A DNA stretch of 64,000 nucleotides from Pseudomonadota bacterium (GCA_041178425.1 JBEGVH010000030.1:32001-96000); one strand, 5' to 3'; shown: positions 19,266 through 30,947, counted from the stretch's first letter. The notes: generated by a model not told the origin, from the sequence alone. A program made the numbers and translations.

Positions 19266-20777
19266 TTATTCGTACTGTTTTGCGAGTTCAACAAAGGTAC
19301 GAATCATCACACCACTAGCTCCTTTTTTAGGAGCGTAGTTAAGGCGATTGCCAACAGCCCAACCAGTGCCCGCGATATCGAAGTGAGCCCAAGGGATTCC
19401 TTTTTCAACAAATTGCTCTAAAAACGCAGCGGCGGTGGCACTACCAGCTCCTCGGCTAGCGGCCAAGTTAGAAAGGTCGGCAAAGGTACCTTTCATATCT
19501 TTGGTGTGAAAGTCACACAAAGGCATGTGCCAAACCCACTCACCAGTTGTTTTAGCAGCGTCTTCGATTTTGTTTTTTAGTTCGTTGTGCTTGGTGAAAT
19601 AACCCGTGTGCGTATTGCCAAGAGCAACAACCATCGCGCCCGTTAGTGTGGCCGCATCAACGATAGCTTGAGGCTTCAACTCAGAGGCAATGCAAAGTGC
19701 ATCTGAAAGAATCAAGCGACCTTCGGCATCGGTGTTATTCACTTCGAAAGTTTTTCCGTTACGAGCGCGAACAATATCACCAGGCTTAATGGCTTTGCCA
19801 TTTGACATGTTTTCGGTCGAAGGAACGAGCGCAACAACATTCACTTTTAATTTGAGTTTCGCGATGGCTAAGATGGTTCCGATCACATTGGCACCACCAC
19901 ACATATCGTACTTCATTTCTTCCATACCAGCTGATGGTTTAATGCTGATTCCGCCTGTATCAAAAGTGAGACCTTTACCCACAAAAACCACTGGCTTTTG
20001 GTTTGCCTTGCCGCCTTTGTATTCCATCATGATGAAGCGTGGGTCTTCATCGCTTCCTTGCGCTACACAAAGCAAACCACCCATACGCTCTTTTTTAATG
20101 CGCGCTTTATCCCAAACAGTGACTTTAATTTTCGTGTTCTTCGCCGCTTTTTTAGCTTCTTCTGCGAGGATTGTTGGCGTCATTAAATTGCCGGGCATAT
20201 CTCCCAAACGGCGTGAAAAACAAACGGCTTCAACCAAAACTTTCGCTGACTCCAGCGCCTCTTTGTGGGCTTTGCCAACAGAGCCTAGGGCAAGCAGCAC
20301 CTTGGTTTCTTTGGATTTATCTTTTTTTGCCGACATCAACTCGTCAAAACGATAAGCCGCAAGACCGATGCCCTCAGCAAGAGCTTGAACGTGATCATGA
20401 GTAATCGTTTCGGCAAGGCCTGCCAAATCAACAACGGCGCCATGAAGTTTATTGCTAGCTAGTGCAGCCTCGAGAGTTCCACCGCAGGTACGAAGAGCTT
20501 CGTGATCGTCTGATTGCATGGCGCCAACACCTAAAAACAAAACATGTTTAAAGCCACCGCAAGCATTGTTTCTGAGAAACACGCATTCACCAGCCGCTCC
20601 CGTTATTACTTTGTCGGCAATGGCTTCTGCGAAGCTTTGCTTTAATTCTTTGGGCAGTGTGCTGCAAACAGGCAGAGAATGAGAGTCTTTGCCCTCAGAC
20701 TTTGGTTGAGTTGTAAACAAAACTAGTGTAGAAGCGTCTGTGGAAGCCTTGAGGCCTTGTTGAAGTTCGATTTTCAT
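19266..20777 (-). CDS. pepA: Leucyl aminopeptidase (M17)
   Basis: GKGLTFDTGG, MKYDMCG, NTDAEGRL, DAATLTGA, WAHFDIAG. Confidence 0.96.
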   Translation of the reverse strand: MKIELQQGLKASTDASTLVLFTTQPKSEGKDSHSLPVCSTLPKELKQSFAEAIADKVITGAAGECVFLRNNACGGFKHVLFLGVGAMQSDDHEALRTCGGTLEAALASNKLHGAVVDLAGLAETITHDHVQALAEGIGLAAYRFDELMSAKKDKSKETKVLLALGSVGKAHKEALESAKVLVEAVCFSRRLGDMPGNLMTPTILAEEAKKAAKNTKIKVTVWDKARIKKERMGGLLCVAQGSDEDPRFIMMEYKGGKANQKPVVFVGKGLTFDTGGISIKPSAGMEEMKYDMCGGANVIGTILAIAKLKLKVNVVALVPSTENMSNGKAIKPGDIVRARNGKTFEVNNTDAEGRLILSDALCIASELKPQAIVDAATLTGAMVVALGNTHTGYFTKHNELKNKIEDAAKTTGEWVWHMPLCDFHTKDMKGTFADLSNLAASRGAGSATAAAFLEQFVEKGIPWAHFDIAGTGWAVGNRLNYAPKKGASGVMIRTFVELAKQYE

Positions 20778-20994
20778 ATTTGCTCCTTTGCTTTAATGCT
20801 GCGCCCCATGAGAGGCCAACTGAAAATTCTAGCGGTGAAACCTGTGTAGGGGAAATTAAGGCCGGAACCCCGAAAAAGGCAAGACCAAGGGCCAATTACC
20901 TTCAAAAAGGAACAAGGCAGCAAAAAACCGGCGCGCGCTCTCTTCGTTAGTCCTGTTTCAATGCGGGAGGGTTAGCTAAATTCCATTTGTTTTC

Positions 20995-21021
20995 TAAAGT
21001 CTTTGGGATAAAAACCGAAGA
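20995..21021 (+). promoter_or_regulatory. Candidate FliA-type promoter upstream of clpP
   Basis: TAAA-N15-ACCGAAGA. Confidence 0.35.
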
Positions 21022-21104
21022 GTGATTGCGGCTTTACCTTTGAATTTTTGTATCCGACGGAAACTCTAGCAAAAGCCAAAATTGCAACTAACAAGGGAGC
21101 TTCA

Positions 21105-21716
21105 GTGGCACTCATTCCTTACGTCATCGAACAGACAGCTCGTGGTGAAAGAAGCTACGACATCTATTCACGCCTACTCAAGGATCGCATCATCATTCTC
21201 GGCAGTGCCGTAACCGATGATGTGGCGAATAGCATTATGGCGCAAATCCTCTTTCTCGAGGTGGATAACCCAGAGAAAGACATCCATCTTTACATTAACT
21301 CTCCCGGTGGTAGCGTCAGTGCGGGTCTGGGCATCTATGATCTTATGCAGTTCGTAAAGTGCGATGTGGCCACTTATTGTATTGGAATGGCCGCCAGCAT
21401 GGGCTCTCTCCTTTTAGCGGCAGGCACCCAAGGCAAGCGCTACATTATGCCAAATTCTCGAGTCATGATTCACCAGCCTCTCATTCAAGGGGGCCTCAGT
21501 GGTCAGGCGAGCGATATCGAGATTCAAGCCAGAGAAATGATTAGAACCAAAGAAAAACTCACTCGCATCTATGAAACTCATACCCAAAAGCCATTTGATG
21601 TTCTCACGAAGGCTATGGATCGCGATAATTTTATGACCGCTGAAGAAGCTAAAGAGTTTGGTCTTGTTGATCATGTTGTTGATTTTAGAAAAGCCACAAA
21701 GCGAGGTACCCCATGA
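21105..21716 (+). CDS. clpP: ATP-dependent Clp protease proteolytic subunit
   Basis: [36 protein letters not shown] behind GGGAG. Confidence 0.97.
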   Translation: MALIPYVIEQTARGERSYDIYSRLLKDRIIILGSAVTDDVANSIMAQILFLEVDNPEKDIHLYINSPGGSVSAGLGIYDLMQFVKCDVATYCIGMAASMGSLLLAAGTQGKRYIMPNSRVMIHQPLIQGGLSGQASDIEIQAREMIRTKEKLTRIYETHTQKPFDVLTKAMDRDNFMTAEEAKEFGLVDHVVDFRKATKRGTP

Positions 21717-22999
21717 AAGGTAACGAAACCTTCGGAACACTCCGCTGCAGTTTCTGCGGCAAGAGCCAACGCGAAGTAAAAAAGCTCATTGCTGGGCCTG
21801 GGGTGTACATTTGTGACGAATGTATTGACCTCTGTAACGACATCATCGTTGAGGAGAAAGACCGCGAAGACACAACAAAAGGCGGCCTTCGGGTTCCGCG
21901 CCCGTCTGAAATTAAGGGATACCTCGATGACTATGTGATTGGCCAAGATTATGCCAAAAAAGCTCTCGCCGTGGCGGTTCATAACCACTACAAGCGAATT
22001 AATAGTGCCGGAAAATCTAAAAAAGAAGATGTCGAACTTCAAAAGAGTAACATCCTTTTAATTGGTCCAACCGGCTCTGGAAAAACTCTCCTTGCGCAAA
22101 CGATTGCCAAAGTTCTCAACGTTCCCTTCGCAATGGCCGACGCCACGACATTGACTGAAGCTGGGTATGTGGGTGAAGACGTTGAAAACGTTGTGCTCAA
22201 CCTACTCCAAGCGGCTGACTATGATGTTGAAAAAGCTAAAAGAGGGGTGATTTACATCGATGAGATCGACAAAATCTCGCGAAAATCAGAAAACCCTTCA
22301 ATCACGCGCGACGTGAGCGGCGAAGGTGTTCAACAGGCTCTCTTGAAAATTCTCGAAGGAACGGTGGCGAATCTTCCGCCTAAAGGGGGCCGTAAGCACC
22401 CTCAACAAGAATTTATCCAAGTCGATACATCGAATATCTTGTTTATTTGCGGTGGGGCCTTTGTTGGTCTCGATAAGATTATCGATAACCGTATCTCAAA
22501 CAAAACCATGGGTATCGGTGCTGATATTCGTACACAATCCGAAAAAGATCATGCGAAAGAAAACATCCTGCGCAAGCTCGAGCCCGATGATTTAGCTAAG
22601 TTTGGATTGATTCCTGAGTTTATCGGACGTCTTCCAGTTCTTTCGGTGCTCGATCCTTTAGAGGAAGACGCACTGATCGACATTCTTTCTGGCCCAAAAA
22701 ATGCCATCACCAAACAATACCAACGCCTCTTTAGCTACGAAGGTGTTGATTTAAAGTTTACTGATGGTGCTTTGAGAGCTGTGGCTCAACAGGCCCTCAA
22801 AAGAAAAACTGGAGCTCGTGGACTCCGCGGCGTTCTTGAAACAGCGATGCTCGACATTATGTATGACATTCCTTCCAAGCCCAACGTCAAGGAGTGCGTC
22901 ATCGATGAGAATGTGATTAATTCAGGAGCAGCTCCTAAAATCACTTTCCGAAGTGCTGATGAAGAACCCAAAAAAGAGGAGTCTGAAAGCGCGTCTTAA
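21713..22999 (+). CDS. clpX: Clp protease ATPase subunit ClpX
   Basis: CSFCGK zinc finger, [29 protein letters not shown]. Confidence 0.98.
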   Translation: MKGNETFGTLRCSFCGKSQREVKKLIAGPGVYICDECIDLCNDIIVEEKDREDTTKGGLRVPRPSEIKGYLDDYVIGQDYAKKALAVAVHNHYKRINSAGKSKKEDVELQKSNILLIGPTGSGKTLLAQTIAKVLNVPFAMADATTLTEAGYVGEDVENVVLNLLQAADYDVEKAKRGVIYIDEIDKISRKSENPSITRDVSGEGVQQALLKILEGTVANLPPKGGRKHPQQEFIQVDTSNILFICGGAFVGLDKIIDNRISNKTMGIGADIRTQSEKDHAKENILRKLEPDDLAKFGLIPEFIGRLPVLSVLDPLEEDALIDILSGPKNAITKQYQRLFSYEGVDLKFTDGALRAVAQQALKRKTGARGLRGVLETAMLDIMYDIPSKPNVKECVIDENVINSGAAPKITFRSADEEPKKEESESAS

Positions 23000-23077
23000 G
23001 GCCTATTTAGAGGCGGAGAATTGTGAAGTTACCTAATAACTCCGCCCTCAGCTCATAGTTAATTCGTTTATAAAGAG

Positions 23078-23113
23078 GAGCCAAAAAGTTTTTGTTACTT
23101 TTTGGCTCTTTTT
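23078..23113 (+). terminator. Intrinsic terminator or attenuator between clpX and lon
   Basis: GAGCCAAAAAGT...ACTTTTTGGCTC followed by TTTTT. Confidence 0.75.
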
Positions 23114-23167
23114 CTTAGACAATGAGGAAGGAGAACTCATATTCCCCTCACGCGCTAAGGAGTTTTT

Positions 23168-25621
23168 ATGAGCGAGACAAATAAAAAAAATAACCTGCTC
23201 CCCCTGTTACCCCTTCGGGATCTAATTATTTTCCCCCACATGATGATGCCTCTGTTTGTTGGAAGAGAAAAAAGCATCAGTGCCCTCGAAGAGGCCATGA
23301 GCAAGCAAACAGATATTGTTTTAGCGGCCCAGAGAGACGCTAAAACCAACAACCCAGACCCTAAAGATATCTACGATATCGGAACGGTTGGCACCATTAT
23401 TCAACTTTTACGACTTCCCGATGGAACCGTGAAGGTTTTGGTCGAAGGCAAGCGCCGAGTTCTCATTAAAACCTACCAATCCACGGAGCCCTTCTTTCGC
23501 GTTGAGGTAGAGCCCATCGAAGAAGCTGTGGGCAGTAAGCTTGAGGCCCAAGCTCTTGTTAGGTCTGTGAAGGGCACCTTCGAAACCTATGTTAAGCTCA
23601 ATAAGCGAATTCCACCTGAAATTCTCATGCGGGTGTCTACGATTGAAAGCGAAGGCGAACTGGCCGACATCATCGTTGCTCAGCTCAACCTGAAGATCGA
23701 AGAAAAGCAAAAAGTTCTCGAAATCTTCGATCCTGCTAAGCGACTTGAACACCTACTAAACCTCATGACGGGCGAAATCGAAATTCTTGAGGTTGAACGC
23801 AAAATCCGCAGCCGTGTTAAAAAGCAAATGGAGAAGTCGCAGAAAGAGTATTATTTGAATGAGCAAATGCAGGCCATTCAAAAAGAACTCGGCGAAAAAG
23901 ACGACTATCAGGCTGAGCTTCAAGAACTCGAAGAAAAAACTAAAGCCAAAAAAATGAGTAAAGAGGCAAAAGATAAAGTTAATAAGGAGATCAAGAAGTT
24001 AAAAATGATGTCTCCGATGAGCGCCGAGGCGACTGTTGTTAGAAACTACATCGACTGGGTTCTTTCTTTGCCTTGGTTTGAGTATTCAGAGGACCGCCAC
24101 GATGTTAGAGAAGCTGAAAGAATTCTTGATCATGATCACTGGGGTCTTGAAAAGGTAAAAGAAAGAATCACTGAGTTTCTTTCAGTTCTATCTCTATCTA
24201 AAAATTTAAAAGGGCCAATTCTTTGCCTTGTTGGACCTCCCGGGGTTGGTAAAACCTCTTTAGCCCGCTCGATTGCCCAAGCCCTCAACCGCCCTTTTGC
24301 CCGCATTTCACTGGGTGGTGTACGCGATGAGGCTGAGATCCGTGGTCATCGAAAAACCTATGTAGGTGCGATGCCTGGCAAAATCTTGCAAGCTCTTCGA
24401 AAGGTCGACCGTGGCAACCCTCTCGTGTTGCTCGACGAAATCGATAAAATGGCCTCTGATTTCCGCGGTGATCCGGCGTCGGCCATGCTCGAGGTTCTTG
24501 ATCCGGAACAAAACCATACCTTTCAAGATCATTACTTAGAACTGGATTATGATTTATCGAAGGTTATGTTCATTGCAACGGCGAACACTCTTCACTCGGT
24601 CCCTCGCCCGCTCTTGGATCGTATGGAGATCATTAGCCTTGAAGGTTATACCGAAACTGAAAAGTTCCACATTGCCAAGAACTACCTGGTGCCGAAGCAA
24701 ATCGAAGCTCACGGACTTAAAGACCGCAAAGTGGAGTTTCAAGATCAAACCATCAGAAATGTCATTCGCTTTTACACCAGAGAAGCAGGCGTTCGTAATC
24801 TTGAACGACAATTTGCCAACGTCAGCAGAAAAGTGGCACGTGATATCGTCAAGGCCGACATGGTTGCCGAAGGTAAAAAAGGCAAAAAACAATCTGCCTC
24901 TATCCAAAAATATATTGTGACCCCTAAAAAACTCGTCGAGCTTTTGGGGCCGCACAAATATAAGTTTGGAATCATCGAAGAAAAGAATGAGATTGGCCTC
25001 ACCAATGGAATGGCGTGGACTGAAGTGGGCGGAGACCTCCTTGCTGTCGAAGTGAGTGTTGTTCCGGGACGAGGTAAATTCACCATCACGGGTCAACTCG
25101 GCGATGTCATGAAGGAATCTTGTACTGCAGCGATGAGCTATGTTCGTTCGCGCGGCCCTCTTTTTGATCTCGATAAAGAGTACTTCCAAAATATCGACGT
25201 GCACATCCACTTGCCAGAGGGCGCCGTTCCCAAAGATGGTCCTTCAGCAGGTATTGCTTTAACCACAAGTATTGTTTCAGCCATCACTAAAATTCCTGTA
25301 AAACGCATGGTTGCAATGACAGGCGAGATTTCTCTGCGAGGAAAGGTGCTTCCGATTGGCGGCCTTAAAGAGAAAGTATTAGCCGCTCATCGCGGTGGTA
25401 TCAAAATTGTGATTTGCCCTAAAGAAAACGAAAAAGATCTTAAGGATATTCCAAAAGAAATTCTTAAAGATTTAAAAGTTATCTTGGTGGATCATGTTGA
25501 TCAAGTTTTGGTCAACGCCCTTGATATCAAAAATGCCAAAGAAGTTTTCAAAAGCCGCGGCGGTGCCGACAGTGGCTTAAAAGCACAATACACAGGGCAA
25601 TCAGTCCACACGACTCACTAA
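23168..25621 (+). CDS. lon: Lon protease
   Basis: [35 protein letters not shown]. Confidence 0.98.
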   Translation: MSETNKKNNLLPLLPLRDLIIFPHMMMPLFVGREKSISALEEAMSKQTDIVLAAQRDAKTNNPDPKDIYDIGTVGTIIQLLRLPDGTVKVLVEGKRRVLIKTYQSTEPFFRVEVEPIEEAVGSKLEAQALVRSVKGTFETYVKLNKRIPPEILMRVSTIESEGELADIIVAQLNLKIEEKQKVLEIFDPAKRLEHLLNLMTGEIEILEVERKIRSRVKKQMEKSQKEYYLNEQMQAIQKELGEKDDYQAELQELEEKTKAKKMSKEAKDKVNKEIKKLKMMSPMSAEATVVRNYIDWVLSLPWFEYSEDRHDVREAERILDHDHWGLEKVKERITEFLSVLSLSKNLKGPILCLVGPPGVGKTSLARSIAQALNRPFARISLGGVRDEAEIRGHRKTYVGAMPGKILQALRKVDRGNPLVLLDEIDKMASDFRGDPASAMLEVLDPEQNHTFQDHYLELDYDLSKVMFIATANTLHSVPRPLLDRMEIISLEGYTETEKFHIAKNYLVPKQIEAHGLKDRKVEFQDQTIRNVIRFYTREAGVRNLERQFANVSRKVARDIVKADMVAEGKKGKKQSASIQKYIVTPKKLVELLGPHKYKFGIIEEKNEIGLTNGMAWTEVGGDLLAVEVSVVPGRGKFTITGQLGDVMKESCTAAMSYVRSRGPLFDLDKEYFQNIDVHIHLPEGAVPKDGPSAGIALTTSIVSAITKIPVKRMVAMTGEISLRGKVLPIGGLKEKVLAAHRGGIKIVICPKENEKDLKDIPKEILKDLKVILVDHVDQVLVNALDIKNAKEVFKSRGGADSGLKAQYTGQSVHTTH

Positions 25622-25640
25622 AAAAAATCGATAAACCCTT

Positions 25641-25680
25641 AAAACGCCTCTGAAAAGCTCATTCAGAGGCGTTTTTTTTT
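25641..25680 (+). terminator. Intrinsic terminator of lon
   Basis: AAAACGCCTCTGAA-loop-TTCAGAGGCG-T9. Confidence 0.92.
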
Positions 25681-25845
25681 GAGTTTTCTTCGATTCCTCT
25701 TTTGCTTTTTCGCCCAACGAGCGCCCCCTGAATAATTTGCCACAAGGTGCCAGATTGCCCATTTAGGGAAGTCTTCATTTGGCATCCAACCCAATATGAT
25801 GCTTGAATAGAGCGCTCAACGAGATGCTTAACTTTTGGGAATTCA

Positions 25846-25873
25846 TTGACGTTTCAGTAAGAATCTGTAAAAC
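25846..25873 (+). promoter_or_regulatory. Candidate sigma70 promoter for the TPR-wHTH gene
   Basis: TTGACG-N16-TAAAAC. Confidence 0.4.
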
Positions 25874-25915
25874 CTGATTCCCTCACTGAGAGAATTTGTG
25901 ACTTTTAGAGGAACC

Positions 25916-27013
25916 ATGGGCGAAACACAACACACCTTCGAAATAGGACGGTTATATTTTGATCGGGGTGATTTCCATTTGGCTATTCCTCAGCTTAAAG
26001 AAGCGGCACATATCTATTTTACTAACCGTGATTTCAGTGAATATCTTAAATGCCAAAATCTTCTGTTACGTATGTATGCAGAAAGAGAAAATTTCGACGA
26101 AATTAACTCTACCAAAGAAATTCTCCAAGACCTCGTACTCAAAGAGGGCTTTGAGCTGAACGCAAAAACCTATTACACCTTGGCTTTATGTGCTTCTTAT
26201 AAAGGCCAACACGAAACAGCTCTTGAATACTTACAAAAATCGCTCTCGATCGCTCTCGCTACCGATAATAAACTCGACATGTGCTATGCCATTTGTGGCC
26301 TTGCGATTTGCTACAACATGCTTGGGCGACACACTGATGCGCTTCGAGAGATTTACAATCTTCAAGTTTTCTTTCAGGTGATTGATTTGCCTGACCTGAA
26401 AATGTCAGCACAAATTGTTAACGGAAAAATCTTTCGTAGCCTCAAAAAACACGATGAAGCTCTCGTTATTTTTTGGTCTTGCTACGAAGTTTTAAAAAGC
26501 TCTAAGAGCCTCCTTTACTATATTAATATTCTCTATGAATTAGGTCTCACTTATCTTGAGTTGGGCGATAAAAACCTAGCAAAGACCTATTTGCAGTTGG
26601 CCATTAAGTCTGTGGATCCTGATAATATGCGATTCGTTTATCGAAACTTAAAAGAATTGTTGGCAAAAATTGGTGTCAACGAAACTCAAGACTACGACTT
26701 GATCTTTGACAGTGAGCACAACACAGTCATTGAAAATAAAATCGGCAAAGTGGATTTTAAAAATCAGTTTATTTTGCTCGATTTATTAAAGCTCTTTTTA
26801 ATGAATCCAGGGCAAATCTTTTCTAAAGAAACACTCGTCGAAGAGATTTGGCACCAACCCTACGATCCAGCCGTTCACGATAATAAAATATATGTAACGA
26901 TTAAACGTCTTAGAAAAATGATCGAGCCAGACTTTGATAAACCAAAGTATATCTTTCGCTCTAAAAATGGCTACTTTTTGAATAAGACCGTTAAAGTTTT
27001 AATGGATCAATGA
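25916..27013 (+). CDS. TPR-repeat transcriptional regulator with C-terminal OmpR/PhoB-type winged helix
   Basis: TPR helices; PGQIFSKETLVEEIW...IYVTIKRLRKMIE...GY; ATG behind GAGGA. Confidence 0.85.
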   Translation: MGETQHTFEIGRLYFDRGDFHLAIPQLKEAAHIYFTNRDFSEYLKCQNLLLRMYAERENFDEINSTKEILQDLVLKEGFELNAKTYYTLALCASYKGQHETALEYLQKSLSIALATDNKLDMCYAICGLAICYNMLGRHTDALREIYNLQVFFQVIDLPDLKMSAQIVNGKIFRSLKKHDEALVIFWSCYEVLKSSKSLLYYINILYELGLTYLELGDKNLAKTYLQLAIKSVDPDNMRFVYRNLKELLAKIGVNETQDYDLIFDSEHNTVIENKIGKVDFKNQFILLDLLKLFLMNPGQIFSKETLVEEIWHQPYDPAVHDNKIYVTIKRLRKMIEPDFDKPKYIFRSKNGYFLNKTVKVLMDQ

Positions 27014-27026
27014 CATTGAGGAAATT

Positions 27027-27590
27027 ATGAAGAAACTATTTATAGTCACTCTGTTTTTAAATTTGATGATTTCTTTTGTGCCGATTCTTAGCAGCGTATC
27101 GCATGCCCAGGTGAACCCATGGCCATGGGCGAAGCCACTCCCCTTTCCGTGGGATAGCATTGAAGGCACATGGTCTGAGTCAAACACACTCTACGCTCTT
27201 TCCTTCAAGGTAGTTTCTAATAGCTGGGGTTCTCGTCACATTCGAATCAAGCAAATCGACCCGTATAACAACCGCGTGATTGCCCAAGGGGTTGGATACG
27301 AAAATTCTGAAGGCATCGTAGTTGCGGGAATGACCGGTGGTCAGAAACAGCAATTTTTACTTACCATTCGACTTCTTCAGCGAGTTCACTGCTGGGATAA
27401 GCGAAATGTCACCGGTGTGACCATGGAAACTTATGATCACAAACTGATTAGCCACTTTGAAATTCACAAAATAAAAGAAATACCCTTGACTACTCTGAAC
27501 CATCAAGACTATACCAGGTCCCAGCCCGAAACGGTTAACTTTGAACCTACTTGCTGGTGGGATGAAGAGGCCAAACGGAATACTCTATAG
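27027..27590 (+). CDS. Hypothetical exported protein with a PWPW...PFPW motif
   Basis: Signal peptide ending SHA, SD GAGGA, beta-rich body. Confidence 0.75.
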   Translation: MKKLFIVTLFLNLMISFVPILSSVSHAQVNPWPWAKPLPFPWDSIEGTWSESNTLYALSFKVVSNSWGSRHIRIKQIDPYNNRVIAQGVGYENSEGIVVAGMTGGQKQQFLLTIRLLQRVHCWDKRNVTGVTMETYDHKLISHFEIHKIKEIPLTTLNHQDYTRSQPETVNFEPTCWWDEEAKRNTL

Positions 27591-27664
27591 GGAGTTAGCT
27601 CAGTTGGTAGAGCGCCACCCTTACAAGGTGGATGTCGCAGGTTCGAATCCTGTACTCCCTACCA
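27589..27664 (+). tRNA. tRNA-Val (anticodon TAC)
   Basis: Acceptor AGGGAGT/ACTCCCT, D arm GCTC/GAGC, anticodon stem CCACC/GGTGG with CT-TAC-AA loop, TTCGAAT T-loop, encoded CCA; 76 nt. Confidence 0.98.
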
Positions 27665-27675
27665 AATACAAAATT

Positions 27676-27705
27676 AAAAACCCAGTGGAAACACTGGGTT
27701 TTTTT
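27676..27705. terminator. Bidirectional intrinsic terminator between tRNA-Val and rpoN
   Basis: AAAAA-CCCAGTG-gaaa-CACTGGG-T7. Confidence 0.92.
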
Positions 27706-27734
27706 ATTTCTAGATCTTTAAATCTGATCCTTCT

Positions 27735-29171
27735 CTAGAAAGCTTTCTTACGACGACTCGATGGTAAAATACGTAGAAGATCACGGTATTTTGCGACGGT
27801 TCGACGAGCAATAACAAGACCATCTTTTTTGAGCAAATCCACGATTTGTTGATCTGATAGAGGCTTCTTTGCGTCTTCTTTTGCTACTAGATCTTTAATT
27901 TTTAGCTTCACCGCTTCGCTTGCCAAAGCGTCTCCATCCGAACTGCTAATGCCTGAGTTAAAGAAATATTTGAGCTCAAAAATTCCCTGCGGAGTATGAA
28001 CGTATTTACTCGTGGTAACTCTCGACACCGTTGATTCGTGCATACCAATATCGTTGGCGATGTCTCGCAAAATCATTGGCTTTAGAAACGCTGGCCCCTT
28101 ATCAAAGAAATCTCTCTGATGCTTTACCAGACTCTCCGTCACTTTAAAGATTGTGCGGTTTCGCTGGTGGATCGATTTAATCAACCAAATCGCCGACCTA
28201 AGCTTATCTTGAATATAGTCTTGAGCTTTAGGGTCTTTTTGACTACCAATCGCGCCCTTCATAACGTTCTTATAAAGATTAGAGACCCGCAAACGCGGCA
28301 AACCATCATCATTGAGAGACACCAGATAATCGTCTCCGACTTTGTAGACGTAGACGTCAGGGGTGACATAGTGAGTGTCGTGAATAGCATAACCACGACC
28401 TGGCTTAGGCTCCATATTATAAATGATCTTACACATATCGTGAACGTCTTCGACCGTGAGGTTCATTGACTTGGCGATGGCGTCATAGTGCTTCTTCTCA
28501 AGATCTTTTACGTGATTCGAAATCAAATAAACAAGGTCATTGGTATCTTCTTCAAGGTGACGAGCCTGAATTAAAAGACACTCCTTGAGATCTCGAGCGC
28601 CTACTCCCGGCGGGTCAAACTCCTGAATGAAGGGCAAAACGTCATTGAGTTCTTCGACGGGAATTTTTTCATCTTCGGCAATTTGCTCAAAGGGTGTTTT
28701 AATATAACCATCGTCATCAATGTAATTGACGAGAATCACGGCTACTTTTTCTTCTTCGTCATTGAACCCCGCCATTTTTACCTGCCACATGAGGTAATCA
28801 TAGAGTGTCTGCTGGGCAGTAATGACGTTTTCGTAGTTCATTATTTCTTCAGAACCCATATTGCTTTGTTGCTGAATGGGTTTTGAATTGGCTTCGTAGT
28901 AGTTATCCCAATTAAAGTCTTCTTCTCGATTGAGATCGTTCTCTGATTGCTCTTGAACTTTTTCGACCTCACCCGCCGCTTCTTTTACGGCCTTTACATC
29001 CTCTTCTTTGAGCTCAACAACTTCTTCTAAAATAGGATTTTCTTCGAGTTCTTTACGAACAGCTGTTTCAAGTTCCATACGAGACAGTTGAAGCAACTTA
29101 ATGGCTTGTTGTAGCTGAGGAGTCATTCTCAGCGTCTGTTGCATTGATAACGTTTGCCCGAGCTTAGCCAT
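27735..29171 (-). CDS. rpoN: RNA polymerase sigma-54 factor
   Basis: MTPQLQQAIKLLQLS, HESTVSR, RpoN box ARRTVAKYR. Confidence 0.98.
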   Translation of the reverse strand: MAKLGQTLSMQQTLRMTPQLQQAIKLLQLSRMELETAVRKELEENPILEEVVELKEEDVKAVKEAAGEVEKVQEQSENDLNREEDFNWDNYYEANSKPIQQQSNMGSEEIMNYENVITAQQTLYDYLMWQVKMAGFNDEEEKVAVILVNYIDDDGYIKTPFEQIAEDEKIPVEELNDVLPFIQEFDPPGVGARDLKECLLIQARHLEEDTNDLVYLISNHVKDLEKKHYDAIAKSMNLTVEDVHDMCKIIYNMEPKPGRGYAIHDTHYVTPDVYVYKVGDDYLVSLNDDGLPRLRVSNLYKNVMKGAIGSQKDPKAQDYIQDKLRSAIWLIKSIHQRNRTIFKVTESLVKHQRDFFDKGPAFLKPMILRDIANDIGMHESTVSRVTTSKYVHTPQGIFELKYFFNSGISSSDGDALASEAVKLKIKDLVAKEDAKKPLSDQQIVDLLKKDGLVIARRTVAKYRDLLRILPSSRRKKAF

Positions 29172-29183
29172 GTATGCCCTTTC

Positions 29184-29906
29184 TCAAAGCTTAAAGTTTT
29201 CGCCCAGATAATACTTTCTGGCGAATTCACTTTCAGTCACGGTAACAGGTGTACCTTCTACTTGAATCTTACCATCTTTTAACAAATATGCATAATCACA
29301 AATTCCGAGGGTCTCACGAACGTTGTGGTCGGTGATGAGAATTCCAATATTTCTAGACTTAAGTGTACGTATAATATTTTGAATGTCGTTAACCGCAATG
29401 GGATCAATACCGGCAAAAGGTTCGTCAAGTAGCAAAAACTTAGGCGCTCCGGCGAGCGCACGAGCGATTTCTACACGACGTCGCTCACCACCCGACAGAG
29501 AGTAAGCTAGACTCATTCGTATATGATCAATACTAAAGTCGTTGAGGAGTTCTTCAAGTCGCTCGTGTCTACGAGCACCAGTATAGCCTTGGGCCTCTAA
29601 AGCCACGAGAATATTTTCTTCGACGGTAAGCTTACGAAAGATACTAGGTTCTTGAGCAAGATAACTCAAACCCCGCCTTGCCCTCTTGTACATAGGAAAA
29701 CTAGTGAGATCCTCTTCATCGAGTATGATCTGACCTTGGTCTGGGCTTACAATTCCAACCACCATATAAAAACTGGTTGTTTTACCAGCTCCGTTCGGTC
29801 CTAATAACCCGACCACTTGACCCGACTCCACCTTAAAATTAACGTCGGTGACCACCTGTCTCTTTTTGTAAGCTTTCGCCAAATGGGCGGCTGTCAACAA
29901 ACTCAC
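29184..29906 (-). CDS. lptB: LPS export ABC ATPase LptB
   Basis: [51 protein letters not shown]; upstream of rpoN. Confidence 0.97.
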   Translation of the reverse strand: MSLLTAAHLAKAYKKRQVVTDVNFKVESGQVVGLLGPNGAGKTTSFYMVVGIVSPDQGQIILDEEDLTSFPMYKRARRGLSYLAQEPSIFRKLTVEENILVALEAQGYTGARRHERLEELLNDFSIDHIRMSLAYSLSGGERRRVEIARALAGAPKFLLLDEPFAGIDPIAVNDIQNIIRTLKSRNIGILITDHNVRETLGICDYAYLLKDGKIQVEGTPVTVTESEFARKYYLGENFKL

Positions 29907-30868
29907 TTTATCTCCTTGTCTTCTTCAACCCGTGCTCGAATATTTTCAATGCGAACTTTTTTTCCGCCGTCGAGAAAGGTGATTTGCTCTCCCTTAATTT
30001 CATCCGCTCCCTGAATAACCCGAGGAGAACCTCGAAAAACGTAACGATCCTCAGAAACATCAATCTGGAGATTTTCGGCTGTGGCTTTTTTCTCAACATC
30101 TGAAACCTGCACTCCCCCATTTACTACAATCGCTTTAGGAACATCGGTTCCGCTCTTGTAGGCAAATAGCGCTTCAGGCCCTTGAACAGAGAAGGTGTCA
30201 TAATCCATATTTACTGTGTTGTAGAAACGTACCATATTTGAACGACCACTGAGTTGAGCTTTTTGACTACGAATCTTCAAAATCTTTCCGTTAGAAAGCT
30301 GTCTTTCAGCAACGACTGCACTTTCAATATTCATTAAACTATTTTCGAGAAAAGTCGTTATACCGACTCCTCGGAGCTTTAAACGTTGCCCCGATTGATC
30401 TTTGGGCCCACCAAGACTCAAGGCTTCTGGAGCACTCAGAACCTTTGATTTAGAGCGATAATGTAGTGCCGGTGTGGCTAATTCATAACCGTTAGTAGAT
30501 TGGGTCGAGACGTTTCCCACCACATCGATGTCTTTGGAGCCAACATCAATCTGCCCTCGTTCGCCCTGAACAACATAGGAATCACCCGTCGAAGCATAGA
30601 AGATGACTTTTACTTTTTGGAGGTTCCAAACACCTTGGCCAATAAAACCTTCGGCGGCCTCAGCAAAAAGCTCCCACTCCTTTGATGAACCAAGGCCCTC
30701 AACCAAATGAACCCGTTCCATTTTTTGATCGGCCCGATGCTCAATCATTTCTCGTTTAGGCGTAGTCGTTTCTTTTTTTTCAAGAAACTGTGCTCCAATA
30801 AGGAGAACCTCAACAAAGAAGGCAAGGATCAGTAAATAAAATGTGATTTTTTGTAAAACTATAGCCAT
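29903..30868 (-). CDS. lptC: LPS export protein LptC, apparently fused to an LptA/OstA-like domain
   Basis: N-terminal TM, beta-jellyroll pattern, LptA-like tail [21 protein letters not shown]; upstream of lptB. Confidence 0.75.
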   Translation of the reverse strand: MAIVLQKITFYLLILAFFVEVLLIGAQFLEKKETTTPKREMIEHRADQKMERVHLVEGLGSSKEWELFAEAAEGFIGQGVWNLQKVKVIFYASTGDSYVVQGERGQIDVGSKDIDVVGNVSTQSTNGYELATPALHYRSKSKVLSAPEALSLGGPKDQSGQRLKLRGVGITTFLENSLMNIESAVVAERQLSNGKILKIRSQKAQLSGRSNMVRFYNTVNMDYDTFSVQGPEALFAYKSGTDVPKAIVVNGGVQVSDVEKKATAENLQIDVSEDRYVFRGSPRVIQGADEIKGEQITFLDGGKKVRIENIRARVEEDKEIK

Positions 30869-30947
30869 CGCATTTACGTCCTCCCCTCGGCTTTATTTTC
30901 CGAAGGGATTCAGTAAATTGCAATGCTCCTTGCGGAGCGGTTAGCAC

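Noticed and set aside
25719..25817. Possible structured RNA after the lon terminator
   Set aside because: Only short, interrupted stems (GAGCGC/GCGCTC, TGCCA/TGGCA); not distinguishable from chance by eye
27589..27735. tRNA-Val as an integration site for a genomic island
   Set aside because: No integrase, no duplicated tRNA 3' end seen, and the flanks are core genes
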